In this document: positions 13,800-27,600 of the stretch, piece after piece
How the letters are laid out: every line of letters begins with the position of its first letter
Numbering within the stretch: the first letter of the stretch is position 1
Assembly (NCBI GenBank): GCA_043228905.1
Contig: JBHGNT010000014.1
Span: forward strand, 434,001 to 498,000
DNA from: Azolla caroliniana
Taxonomy: Eukaryota > Plantae > Polypodiophyta
Reading direction: 5' to 3'
Length of the DNA: 64,000 bases
Program-made: the position numbers and the translations under genes
Notes under the pieces: model-generated
Seen by the model: the letters and a program-made list of their open reading frames with translations, nothing else
Databases searched by the model: none
What the model was told of the DNA's origin: nothing

Positions 13800-16400
13800 T
13801 TTATCTTATTGTAGACTTTTAATGTGAAAGCCTTTTCAGTTATTGTTGATCTCCCAAACTTTGAGCCAAACCCTAATCTCTCTATCTTGTATGTTTGTGG
13901 AGACCTTACTAATCGAATTATGTTTAGACTTATTACTTGTTTATATGTTTGATACTTAAGCCTACATACGGCATTGATAAACTCTTGGTGAGGTTGATCT
14001 ATTTGAGAGAGGTGAAACATAGTTTGTGAGGTTAACAACTTGAGAGTGATTGACAACAACTCTAACCTAAATTTTCCATAGGATATATGGTGTTCCAAAC
14101 TCTCCAACTAACAATATCGGCATGGAGACATAACTCTATCAATACAAAAGACATGTGAACATCGGAGCCAACAATGTTGTAGACGATCTAAAGTCTTATG
14201 ATCCATTGTTAAGTAGTTTCACTCATGTAATACATTGAACAATACCATTTGGGCTCATATAATTGCATCAATATTTTGTTGATTCCCAAGTTAGAAGCAT
14301 CAATGAAAATGTGATGTCATGTTCTAGTTTGGCAATTGGACAACTAACGATTGGAGCAACATAATCTTTAGGGCTTTGAAGGTCCAACCCTTAATGAGCA
14401 ACCATGTAAATGGTGTTTGATTGGACAACGACATGGAACGGTTTCACAAAGTTTGTCAAGTAGTAGGGCACATGGTTCTGGCACCATACTTGATTGAGGA
14501 ATTGGTTAACGCTTATTGCATTCTTTGGCATTGATGCATTAAGGCATTTACTTTTCTTAGATTGATGGTGATACCTTTTCTGCTAACAATGTGCATTAAG
14601 GAATTTTAGTGGAAAACCTTCTATGTTTTTTAATCCTAACCGAATTCAAAATCACCACAGCATGGCTAGAAAATAAAGAACCCCCATCTCCTCCAATATC
14701 ATTAAAATAATCATCTACATACATACTATCTAGCCAAGATAGATTAACCCCTAATTGAGGCCTACCCGATCTAGAAAACTGTAATGAGCCACTAAGTTTA
14801 TGAAATGAGGGGAGGTGCCAAGGATCTTGTATCCTCAACATGAAACATAATCTCTCCCACGACGTCAATTCATAGCCTGTAAGAACAACATTAGAACCAC
14901 CCACTCTATCCCTTGCGACCTCGATCATATTAAAATCACCACCCATGCACCAATGATCAGCATGTGACACTTGTTGGACAATTTGTGTCTAGAAACCCTT
15001 ACGAGCACCCCTACCATTTGGGGCATAAATGTTCAAAAACCCACAAACAACATCACTAATTTTAAGGAGGAGATAATGAACCCTTCCTTCCACCACTTGT
15101 TGGGAATGAAGAATAAATTGCATCCATTTATCACTAAGAATCATACATACACCACATTTATTTTCCGATGGTCCACATGCAGGAATCCAATAATACCTCC
15201 AATCGCCATGAAGCATATTGCCATAAGACTATATTTTACTTGCATCTAAATGGTGTTCTTGTAACATAATCAAATCACAACTTTGAACCTGAAATTTATG
15301 AAAGTTCCCTACGTATTCTAGCCTTGAATCTTCTTCATAGAGCACCTCCGAATCCTTGCACATTCCATGATAGCACCGAAAAATTATCCATATGTTAATA
15401 ATAATTGTTTTTTAACGTTACTTTTATTCTCCCCCGAAGGTTTCTTCAGCTTGCATGCTTGTGTCGAAATTCTCAAGCCTTTATAGCAACCATCTTATTA
15501 GTGGATTTATTTACACTAGACTTATGTATGCTCAATCGAGTATGTTCTTCCTCATGATTTACACATGCACTACCACCAATGACAACCATGCTCGTAGATC
15601 TTGATCTCGTCATACAACCTTTAAATTCTGGATGCATCCTAACATTTGATTGCAAGTCTATCACCTTGGGCACCAACCAGTGAGACTCCTCTGTAGTCTC
15701 TAGGTTAGTGATCATGAGACTTTGCTTTGTTGCCTTACTGTTATCCTCACGCAACAGATCATCATGACATACAAGCGGGATTAATTGCAAATCCCTATCA
15801 ATAACATCTTCGAAAAAATTTAGCAAAAGATGGACCACCACCCTCACCTTCCAGATGATTTTGTTCCATCTCCATGTTCAAAATAGAAAGCAATATAAAC
15901 TTATTACCCGTAGGAAACCATTTCTTTTGCATAGAATCCACACTTGCAAAACTATGTTTACCTCTTCACACCTTTACCCAACTATCCTCTTGCATGGTTA
16001 GGCTCTTATGCTGACTAGCTTCATTTTTAACCTCACAATCTTTAGCTAAATGACCCACCGCGCCACATGAAAAGCATTGATTGGGAAGGCCCAAATATAC
16101 AACCTTTTGAATCTGTTCATTGTTGTTCTTACTGAACACAAGAAGTTTAATGAAGGAAGGTAAAATCGAATCCATTGATCCCAAAACTCTAACAATCGGT
16201 AAACTCATTTGATGGGCATTAAATCTATTGAGCTCTTCCTCATCATCAAGAACCAAGACAATCATAGATGTAATGTTTTTTAAAGCAGGACGCCAATGTT
16301 TAGGTAAGGAAGGAAACACAACTGAAAAAGCAAACTTGCATGTTTTACCTAGAGATTATTTGTTTTCTCTCATGTATTGGATTATAACTTCATTTGGTTT
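13800..16400 (-). mobile_element. Degenerate L1-like LINE (ORF1 zinc knuckle, ORF2 AP endonuclease, decayed downstream)
   Basis: ORF1 has YLGLPNQCFSCGAVGHLAKDC (CCHC). ORF2 starts MDNFSVLSWNVQG at ~15391, followed by LQEHH, NIYAPN and WCMGGDFN motifs. Multiple stops and frameshifts; ends approximate. Confidence 0.85.
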
Positions 16401-17027
16401 ATAACTTGCACACACAAAGGGTTTCATAACATGCTTATTCTAGCTTCTACTCAAAAAGATGTGTTAATCATATATGTGTGATTTACAGATGTTGGAATGA
16501 TCGATTAGGTTTAGGGTTTAGGTTTTACATTAGCAAACGAACAAAGAGAGCTCTAGAGATAAGACTGTCCAAAGGAGATAAGGTCATGCATACAACCCCT
16601 ACATTCTGGAATGGCATCTTTTTGCACCCAAATGTAGTAGTTGGTAAAACTCATGAGTTACCACTAGGGTATACTGATAGTACAAAAAAGGATGAAAAAA
16701 CCAATAATCGGCCCAAAAATAAAATAACAAAAGAATACATGTACAAGCCCAATCTAAGAATGTCTTATTAGGCTGGTTACCCTAGGACACCATTGCTCTA
16801 ACAATTCTTTGTTCACGATCGAACCATCAATTTTTGTCTTCACTTGCACCATTCTCCTCATAACCTTAATGTTACGATACATGATAATGATGCTTTTAAA
16901 ATCTATGCAAGTTTGTGTGAGTTGGTTGCAAATGATCAGAATATTAGCATCATCATTGGCACTTCTTTTCCTGGTGGGTAGGTTTTGTTCAAAGCCTCGC
17001 ACATGTTTCATAGTTCATGTTCCTCTT

Positions 17028-20000
17028 TTAGTTTTGTGTTCGTTTCAAATTTCTTTCTCCTTTTGAACAAGAAGGCACAAGCCCAAATAGAAACCTTCCT
17101 CTCCTCCTTGCCCTTACATGCTTACCCTGCAAATCATCAAATGATGTTAAACATGACACATTGTTTAACTTGATTTGATCCGATCTCCGCTCAATGCTTA
17201 CAATTACCTTGTCGCCTCTTTGTATTGTAGTCCAACACATAATGTTGGATGCATCTCCATCTGAAGTGCCTTCTAAGCTTCTGAAATCAATAGGGGGGGA
17301 TATGTTGATATGTTATTCTCAGAATAAAAAATATGCCGCTACATTTGTCGTTACAAGTGACAAACATACACATGTGATGTAACCATAACTTAATGGAGTT
17401 AATTAGGTCTAAACACAGACCTAACGTTCGAACTGGTACCTCTATATTGGGCTATGTTTGGCCTAAACATTCACTCCATTAAGGTATGGTTATGCATATG
17501 TTCACAATACTTACGAGCTATAATTGTCATGGTTAGCAACTCCATCTGCTAGCTTGCAAACACCACTTTCATCAGGTAGACCTACTCCCTTCTCACCAAC
17601 AAGACTGTAACCATGGTGACGTAGATCGATTGTCATATTCCCATCTTGGGCATATTCACTTGAGCTTCTTAGTTTCTCTACTTCCTCTATCCCAAAACTT
17701 GGTCTACAAACTATGTGCTCAACACTTGGGCTACAAACCAGGTGTGAACCACCTATTGCTCTCTTGGTCTCCTCCAAGTGTTTGTTCTCTTGGACAGCAT
17801 CATGCCTTTCCATATTCCTTGGTACAAATGTATCCCAATCTCTATACACAAGGCTGTTTTCAGATGGCCGCAAAGCTAAGCTAATCTCGACTTTTAATGG
17901 GCATCCCAGTACCTGGTGAAATGCATTCACAATGTTTGTTCTCACACTCTCTGCCATGTTTTTGTGTTCAGGCCGCTGAAATTCGAGTTGAGCTACTGCA
18001 CCGGCTGCGTTGAAAAAACATACTTAACAATTTATGAAAAACATGTTCATGCTGCAATCAAATATGAAAAACATATTCATGCTACTCGTCAATTGTCATT
18101 GAAACATGAAAACTGAAACTTTAAAGACAAGTGCAATTTGCACCAACAGAGAGCCACTAGGCTAACCCCCCCTGCCCCAGAGTACAGTATTATTATGTAT
18201 AGACAAGAGAAAGAATTGATACATATAAAGCATGCATGCAAGAAAGAATATAATAGAATCAACAAGTAGTTGATACCTTCAGTTATTGAAAGAGAGACTA
18301 GTCTGCCCTCCTTCTGCAGCAGCTGTTTGACCGCATTGGGATAACTACCCTTTACGATATCGCTCCATAGGTCCTTCATAGTGGATGGACTTGCAATACT
18401 AGATCTTCTTTGTGCAAATTTCCCAGAAACATGCTTAAGAACTAAGTTAAAAGATGGTGGAGACTGTTCACATGGGTATATCCTATTATCCACAAGGTGT
18501 CCTGCCACATTCATGTGGCTATTATCATGCTTTTCTCGCACATCGCTTTCTCTTTCATCTATAGAGAGTGAAAAGGAAGGTATATGCTTCTGAGAAGGAC
18601 AAGCATTGAGCCTCTCTTCACCTCCCCATGATGTCTTTCTAGACCTAGCAGAATCACATTCAACTGTCTCTTTCTCTCTCGTATTGATGAGAGTTGCAGG
18701 GCTTTTGACAAATGACGAAGAAACTTTATTATGAGTGAACTGAAGAAAAGCAGCAGTTAGCCAAGTGGTTCGGTAATCACAAGATCGGAGCTGCTTTTCA
18801 GAGTCGGCGAGGATCTTTAGGGATTGTTTCAGTCTCTCTTCTTCCTCTTTTTTCACTGCTAAAAGATACAGTGACATTTTAGAAACTTTCAAATGTTTAC
18901 ATAATAAAAATATGTCCACAAAGTCGAAAACACACAAAATCTCTTACTTCTCCCAATCATGTACCCTGGAACTCTGCTCTTTCCAGCAAGTATATCAGTT
19001 ATCATATCAGCTAGTTGACTTGTTAGAGCTAGAGGCTCCACCCCTGACTCTATAAGCTCTCTGATAGCTTTGATTGTGCTTGCTGTATCACCTGATAGAG
19101 CTAAATCAAGCAGCTTCGAAAGTTTTCCATCCGGGATAAGACCAACCTAAAAAACATAAAAAGAGGACATTGTTACGTCTCTCAAAACAATTCATTCTCT
19201 TCATAAATGAGGCTGAGCAGCTTTCTGGCACAAACGAGCATGTATATAGTGCAGAAGCTACTAAGCTTATCGATGTATCTATGTATGAATCCTTCAATTT
19301 ACTGATCTCTGCTATATGAATTCTACTAGAAACTCACAAGTGGACAGAGCTTACCATCTCCTGAACTGTCGCTAACGTGACTTTAACACCAAGTAGGCTA
19401 AGCTGATCCAGCATGTTCTCTGCATCTCGAAATGAGCCATCTGATCTATTAGCTATGAATTGCATGGCTTCAAGTTCAATCTCGACTTTCTCTTGCACAG
19501 CGAGTGTTTGAAGCTTAAATACAATGTCTGCATCTTTGATTCGAGGGAACATCAACTTCTGACACTGAGAGACTGCAGAGCGTGGCAGAGGCTCTAAATC
19601 CTCGGTGATTAGGATGAAAACAACATAACTTGGTGGCTCCTCCATGCTTTTCAAGAGAGCATTCCACGCATCAGAAGCCAATGCATGGCATCCATCCACA
19701 ATGAAAACCTTATATCGAGAGCTAGACGGGGGTAGTGTGATGTGCTTGAGGAGAAACTTCATGCTTCCTGCATCATTAATAGCCAATGCGTCAACCTCTT
19801 TGACATCGTAATTTTGGCCTTTGCTAAATGTCATGCATTGATTACACACCCCACAAGGTCTCAGCTCCTCTATCGACAAACAATTCATGGCACATGTAAA
19901 GATTTTGGCTGACGTTGTCTTCCCGGTCCCTCTGGGTCCATGAAATAAATATAAAGGAGCTATCGTGCCACGTAGGATCGCATTCCTTAATGACTCGGCA

Positions 20001-21283
20001 GCCATATTTTGGCCAATGAGATCCTTGAAAGTGTTTGGACGATACTTCTGGCTCAAACTCCTGTGGGTGGTACCAGCATTCTTCCTTTGCTTTCTCATTA
20101 GAAGAAGTTCATGGTTTTCCCTTTGTTTATTAGACACACCATAATTTCTTCTAATCCTGCCGACTGTTTCACACCGGTGATCGAAACGGCTCAATCTCTT
20201 CTTGTACCCTACTTCACCATCTATGTCTACTGAAGAAGAAGATGTAAACCCATCATGGAAATCATGATAGGGTTCTGGGTCTGTCATCAATGGGGCAGTT
20301 TCAGTACCAGAATCAAAAGATGAGAGCGACCTCACCGAGTTGCATTTATATCCCATCCTACTTCTTCTTACAACTCTCCTTCTTGGAACACGAAAACAAC
20401 TCCCAGTAGACACCACGACAGGCCCCTCTCTGACATGATTGTTGTTAGATCGATGCCATGGCATACCACATCCAGATGATGTCTCAGTACCGTTCTCATC
20501 ATTCTTGGCTCTTTCATTTGCACAATGACCTTTCACGATGCGATAGTCTTCTTCATAATCAAGCATCACAACATGATTCCTGTTTTGCGATCTTGCAGTA
20601 GATTTATGTTTGTTGTGAGACATCGAGGCAATAGAAGTGGGCCCTTGATGACTATCTTTGACAGACGAAGGGGGGCACTTGTCATCGAGGTAGGATTCCA
20701 AGTTGGTTAGTGGAAAGATGTGATCAGACGTGATTCTTTTGATGGCCTCTTTAGGTTGAACAAATACTCGAGGGTCTGTTTGTAGATCAATGGCTTGAAA
20801 GCTTCTCCTTCTGCCTCGGTTGAGCCCCAAATGAATGTTCTTCCTGGTTCTAGCCACATACAAAACCTCATTTTGTTTCAGCCTTTGAGATGCTTGAGAT
20901 GCTTGAGATGCTTTCTTATCATCCATAGTAGTAGAAGGGTTTCCACTCATCCTTGAATTAGAAACACCTTTGAGCTTACATGAGATTGCAACTTCTGAAT
21001 ATCGAGTAGGCCGTACCTTTGCTTGCCTACTGATATCCCAAGCTTCTGCAGAAATCTCACCAAATACCTCTCCATCCTCTTTGTCTCTGTTGAAGGACCT
21101 CCTTCTAGAGCTTCCATGGAGAGGAATGGTGTGATCTTTTGGAATACTGATAGGTTCCTTTGCAATAGCATCAGAAATACAGCTTTTAGCCCTAGACCTC
21201 CTGAAGGAGGGTTGGACCGTAGGACTAGAAGTAGTAGTGACAGGTGAAGTACGTCTAGAAACCTTAGGTGTTTTTCCATGCAT
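17028..21283 (-). CDS. STI: STICHEL-like protein (DNA polymerase III gamma/tau-like AAA+)
   Basis: Exons 21283-19355, 19146-18948, ~18856-18277, 18004-17515 and 17280-17028 are phase-consistent. Motifs: RSLSQKYRP, GPRGTGKT, CxxxxxxxxCxxCxxC Zn module, NALLKSMEEPP, LLDLALSGDT...GVEPLALTSQLA. The start codon is inferred, and a 5' exon near 22400-22700 is possible. Confidence 0.9.
17380..17492. repeat. Intronic inverted repeat (MITE-like hairpin) in the last STICHEL intron
   Basis: taaccataacttaatggagt pairs with actccattaaggtatggtta, and the inner arms also pair imperfectly. Confidence 0.7.
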
Positions 21284-22212
21284 GAGGCTGATAACAACAG
21301 GAGCTAGATGAGGAAAGAAATCAAAGGAAGCAAATAAAACAGTGATGCTGATAAGTGGTAGGTATTCTGAGCAGAGAGAGAGAGTCAAGGCAGTAATTGA
21401 ACATGGGTGTTGCTTTCTGGATCTATCCTCCTACTTTTAGTGGGCATTTATGGTTTTGTGCATATCTCAAAATGCAGCTATCCACAGCTAAATCCAGGAG
21501 GCATTGGTTGTGTGCAACAGAGGGAACAGTGCTTTTGCTTGCATACATAAATATTTCCTGTGATTCCTTTACTTTTCATAACCCCAGGAAATGAAAACCC
21601 CAAATCTGGTTTCTGTTATTGTCAAAGGACTATTTTTTTCTTACTACACTCAATGAAGAGATGATCACCAAGATCTGAATTCACTATTTCTTGCTACCCC
21701 ATGAGATTTAACGGCCAAATCCACTGGCTATAAAATCACCGAAAACTGGTACAATTATCAATTGCTCTTTCTTACTACCCAAGGAGCTTGATTGCCCAAA
21801 TTTAGAAAGTACTGTAATAACAAGATAACTTGCTTGGTAGCTAAATCCGGTGTTATTCTAACAACAGAGCTTTCTTGCTGGCCAATGAGATTTAAAACGT
21901 AAACCTCTGGTGCTATTCTTAATTGACAGTGTTTTCTTGCTGTACAATCAGATAAATACGCACATCTAAAGTTCTACAATCAGTAGTACTTTCTTGCTAC
22001 TTGATTAATCAGATCCATATAATGAGATTTAATACCCCGAGTCCACTGCCATTATCAACAGTCCTTTCTAGTGCTATTATCCAGAATTTGATGACATATT
22101 CAGTGCTGCCAAATCTAGATTTAATCAAAACACAATTTTCTAAAGTTTCTTAGTAAACCCTATCTTGGTACTGCTAATTAAATCAATAGTACTACTACTC
22201 TCTGACTACTCA

Positions 22213-22249
<37 letters not shown>

Positions 22250-22417
22250 CTTGGGTGATTCTAGTAAAAAGTATATACTTTTTTACGCATCAAAGGGACG
22301 GTAGATAAATACAAGAGGTTCAATAAGCATTTAAAAAAAGTTCTCTGGCTCTGCCTCTCCCTCTCTCTCTCTAAGCATTCAGAAAAAAAGTGTTCTCTCT
22401 CTATACATTCTTGTCTT

Positions 22418-22450
<33 letters not shown>

Positions 22451-22784
22451 ATCTATCTATCTATCTACCTATCTATCTATCTATCTCTATCTCTGTTCTC
22501 TCTAATTTCTCAAAAGAATATGAATGTGATGATGGGTACTCACTGCTTATATGATGATGATGATGATGATGATGATGACGACGACCATTAGGCTTCCTTT
22601 GTAATGAGGTAGTAGTAGACACAGTCATTGCTTTTGCAGGCCTTCTCTGAGGAGGAGGAGGAGGAGGAGGTAAGAGAGAGCGCCATGTGATAGATGGCTC
22701 GGCTCTCTCTGTCAGAGGAAAAGCAGCTCTTGGGATGGATGGATGGATGGATGTGTGTATGTCCCATATCAATGCCCCATATCA

Positions 22785-23150
22785 TGTATGTATGTATGTA
22801 TGTATGTATGTATGTATGTATGTATGTATGTATGTATGTATGTATGTATGTATGTATGTATGTATGTGTGTATGTGTGTGTGTATGTCTATGTATGTATG
22901 TATGTATGTGTGTGTGTGTGTGTGTGTATCTATCTATCTATCTATCTATGGATGGATGGATGAATTCATCTTCAGGATCATCCATCCAACCTCCCATTAG
23001 GGAATGGCTTTTCCAAAGCCCCACAATCGAAGTTAAAATCTATTTGTGGCTCTCGCAATGTATGTATGTATGTATGTATGTATGTATGTATGTATGTATG
23101 TATGTATGTATGTATGTATGTATGTATGTATGTATGTATGTATGTATGTA

Positions 23151-23201
<51 letters not shown>

Positions 23202-23320
23202 TTGTATGTATGGATGGATGGATTCATCTTCAAGATCATCCATCCAATCTTCCATTGAGGAACGGCTTTCCCAAATCCCCACAAATCGAAGTTAAAATCT
23301 ATTTGTGGCTCTCACAATGT
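22785..23320. repeat. Tandem duplication of a ~265-bp unit made of (ATGT)n(GT)n plus ~110 bp of unique sequence
   Basis: ggatgg..ttcatcttca.gatcatccatccaa...atcgaagttaaaatctatttgtggctctc occurs at ~22950-23060 and ~23212-23320. Confidence 0.9.
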
Positions 23321-24563
23321 TCGATTGAGCCATCAAAGCCTGTCTGGTCTCGATTGACGACTTAAAAGAGTCGCCACAAATCACCCCATGTTCGAACGAC
23401 TCCTTTTGGGTTATGTCACAAACTTGAGCGGTTCCTAGTCGCGCTCGGTCTAATATCTCTCGATCTGAGTTTTCTCAATCGCATTAAGCATTTGATCATG
23501 CAATCAATTGTCCATGTCCAAAATGGGGTTGGGTCATGGTCTATCTCTCATAGTTCTATTAAGCCTATACTTTAGTTACCTGACTGGCACCTTGATTATG
23601 TCCATGGTGTGATCCCAAGAACAAGTAGGGTCATATGTCTCAATGAATCGTCAAACTTGATGGCCATTAAACTACACAATCTTCCCACTTGATATAAGCC
23701 CTTGGGGCATTGTTTGATTGTCGAGGTCAAGGATCTTTACAATGAGACAATTCCCAAGAGTTTGCCAATCTATCTAATCACACTATAATATGTATGTACC
23801 TATGCATGCTTGCAAATATAATCACAATAATGTAACTTTCGTAACATGCCTTTTCCCACCATCGTGACAAATTCAAGGACAGAGATAGGAGATGATGAAA
23901 AGTGCCACATGGTTAAGCATTTCACATAGTTTTGAGGACCTTGTTAAAATGTATGACGCTTTACATCACAATGTTTGACGCTTTACATCCTATCTTGAAG
24001 TATACATTAACATTTGAAATTATGATTAGTCTCTAATTAATCATACAATATCCTTATACACATAGATGAACAAATTAGCACAAGTTCGCAAAGAACTTTG
24101 TTTTCCATACCCTTGCTCAAAACCATGTATTGTATTACCTTTATAGATGGGGGATGCATATATGACACCATGCGCAAGTGTGTGTGTGTGTGTGTGTGCG
24201 TGTGTGACGCACGCACACACATATACCTTCATAATAGGTTATATGGTTATCAACACAAAGCATGGGTTAAAGCCTTCCACAAATCTTCATTGCTTCCTAT
24301 ATTACATATCCAAAAGAACATGCCACATTGATGTATTGACTAACGGCCTCACAATCTCCAAATAGTCGGCCTGACTATCTCCATGTGAAAATGGTTTAAG
24401 ATATTATAGAACTAGTTTACTTAGATAAATCCTTAGAGGATAAGGTGAATTTAGACCGCAATTATGAAAACCATGAAATTGAATTTCCTTTTTAGTGTGC
24501 TTACATATTGTGGTACTCCATGGGGATCATAAACCCATTTATCATGCTCCCATTGTACCGAAT

Positions 24564-24567
<4 letters not shown>

Positions 24568-24631
<64 letters not shown>
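24568..24631. repeat. (CT)n microsatellite
   Basis: Directly visible. Confidence 0.95.
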
Positions 24632-24633
<2 letters not shown>

Positions 24634-27600
24634 ATTGTTTCCTAAACATACCTAGGAAGTTTCAACCACAAACATCGGGGCACTAGACCCCAAGTTTAGT
24701 TAGAGGGATGGTCATCTCTTTTCCAATAATTGCCTAATTCTAAGGTAGGTTACTCACGTATAAGGCTAGTCTCATGGGTCATATTGACTACACACAAATG
24801 TCAACACATCATCATCATCACCTCTCTCTCTCTCTAGTCATTATGAGAGCATAAAACTCTCATTCATGTAACCGCTATCTATAGATTGACATATTAATTC
24901 ATGGGAAGGTATGGAGTGACATAAAAAGTAGTATTATACTCTTCAAAATATCACTTATGGCTCAATTAGAGACAAACAAAGTGATGGAACCACATAGAAC
25001 ACAATTATTCATTCCAAAGTAAATGCTTTTTATGTAGTATGCAACTTCAATTTTGTGTCTTGCATTAACCTCACATTAGGTCAATATATTATGATAAGTC
25101 AAGGAATTTATATCTCATTAATTATGTACATAGATAAAAAATCACGTAATTCATCTTATATGAGTTAAGTGCCCATGTCTTCTAATCCAACGACATCAAA
25201 CTTTTTAATGAAATGGAAGATAGGCTCTCGAGAAGTACTAATGCAAATACTCTAGATAGTAATTCTAGTTCTAGAAAACGATGATATAGTTTTTATCGTG
25301 TAAATTTTGTACTTTCCGAACTTGATCGAGTGTAATGAACCAGTCATCAAAGTTATTGCAAACTCATGCAAGTGGGAAATGATATCACCATGCCTTTCAC
25401 CTTTTTAACAAGCAATGGTCTTAGTAACAAATGTACCTAGTGACGAAGAGTACTAAAAGTAAATGCCATAACTATCCATGTTTGTGTGTTCGAAGTATAT
25501 GACTTTGAAAATAGACAGTAATGAAAGGCATGACATGCCCATCGCCATTCCTTGACCTTTTATGACAACCTCTAACACCACATGGCACAAGTGACATATA
25601 GCTCGTCTCAACGTCAAGATGCAATTGTTAAGTTACCGAAAGTTAAGAATGATGATATTGAGGACACAACTATCCATTAAATGCGACAAATCTAACTAGA
25701 ACTTTATAAAAAATGCAATTGTGGGTGTTATTTGTTTTATAGTAGAGCAAATCGTCTCTGATATTCAATACAAAACGTTGTTTTGGTGTTTGTGGATCTA
25801 ATGAACTTGACTGGCATTTTAAAAATAATGAATTAGGGTTGTGTTGTGCCCATCTATCCTCAACAAGGAATAGCGATTATATAAAAGCTTATGTTTTAGG
25901 GATTTTTGTGAGCTTGATTATTCCTATTCAAAGGTAAACCATAGGGGCATTTTGATGAATAACCCTCGTTTTAATTGTGGTATACCTTTGGTGATCAAAT
26001 AGAAACTCATATAAATGTCTAGGTTATCAATTGTATCATGTTCAACAATCAACTTAACTTGGCATGGGATCCACAAACCTTTAGAGTGCTCAAAGACAAA
26101 AATAAAGATTTTGTGGAAGAAGTTTTGAGCTTGTTAACATAGCTAGCCTTAAGAAGTGGCCAAGTACTTGTGCGCATGAGAATGCCAATATTATTGTGAG
26201 CATTGTAAATGTTCCAACACTTCAAGTCATGACTACCTTACTCACACAATTTGTGCACTTTCAAACTGCAACAACGCTAAAAGTTCACTTGCTTTTGTGC
26301 CTTCTTCTTTAGCCAAGTTGTATGCTAATTAGCTATTTACTACTTGACTTGGTCACTTACGTTGTCTCATAAAATTTCAAGAGTGGTTCACAACAATAGA
26401 TGTAAGCCTTATTGCATTCGATGGTTAAATAGTTCCACAAATTAGGATGCAATTTTTTCGATCCAATATGTAAACACTCTTCTCAAGGTTGTACATATAT
26501 AATGTAAACAAATGTTTATGAGATACCTATCTATGTGCTCGAGTGATTGAGTTACATATATCAATAGTCATCCACAAAAGCTATACAATTGCTTAAGTGA
26601 GCTGGATGGTTTTTTCTTTAGCATTCCATAGATATAACTTCCTCAATAATTCCAACTATTATTTATCCCAGTAGTTAGCATTCACCACCTATGTACTAGG
26701 AGAAGCTTTATGTTATTTAAGCAAGAGTAATGTATACACTATTTGACAAAAGGTGTGCAAGGAACAATTAAAAAAAGACCATTGCTTTGAAAAACACACC
26801 GACATCGCAAATGGTTTTGAAAAAAGGATCATGTGCTCATCTACCAACAAATGTTGCCTCACACCTCCCAAACAAGCTACTATATAGGCACTACTACACG
26901 AGAGCCAACTAAATCTAAGTAGTAGGTTGATGTGCATATAGTCTTAGAAAAAGGCAAATACAAGGGTATCGTGCCTACTTGATGCATTAGGAAAAAATAA
27001 AAAAAAGCTCAAGTTTGCACAAAGGCACTACCTAGTTATGGTTTCATAAACATAATTGAGTGCATAAACCAACCAAACCAATGGAGACTATTAAGGAAGG
27101 TTAGGTTTGTGCAATCACAAAGCCGAATCAAGAGGAGAAAGCGTATCTTAATAAGTCTCAACGCTCTTCCATACTCCAAAGGCAAGTTTCTATCTTGCAT
27201 ATTCATGAGCATCCCATACACAAAAGAATAGTGCTTCAAGAAGCCTTATAATGAGCCTCAACGTGACATTCTCCCCTATGAAAACAAGGCTAAACATGGT
27301 GGCCAAAGAACACCTAGTAGCCCTCCACGCTAAATAAGTGTCAAATCCTTCGTTAAAGGCTGGCTCACTTACACCATCACCACAACAAGATACATACATT
27401 GATCCCCTGATATTAGATACTACAATGGTGTCAGGAAGCTATGCACGTGCAAATGAAGTTGAATGGGAACACTAGGGACTTGAACCAAGGAAGATGGTTC
27501 GTCGCTAAAGAGTCATGGGAGTTGATTGGTATGAAGGCACCACTTCAAGTTGGGATCATTGAGCCAATGCTCGGGTTCACATGGAATTGCACCACATGGG

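Noticed and set aside
19334-21388. Bacterial dnaX contamination or recent HGT
   Set aside because: Spliced gene with the long N-terminus and exon structure of the plant STICHEL family.
22687-23365. ORFs with MYVC/HTYI repeats
   Set aside because: Translations of (ATGT)n/(GT)n microsatellites.
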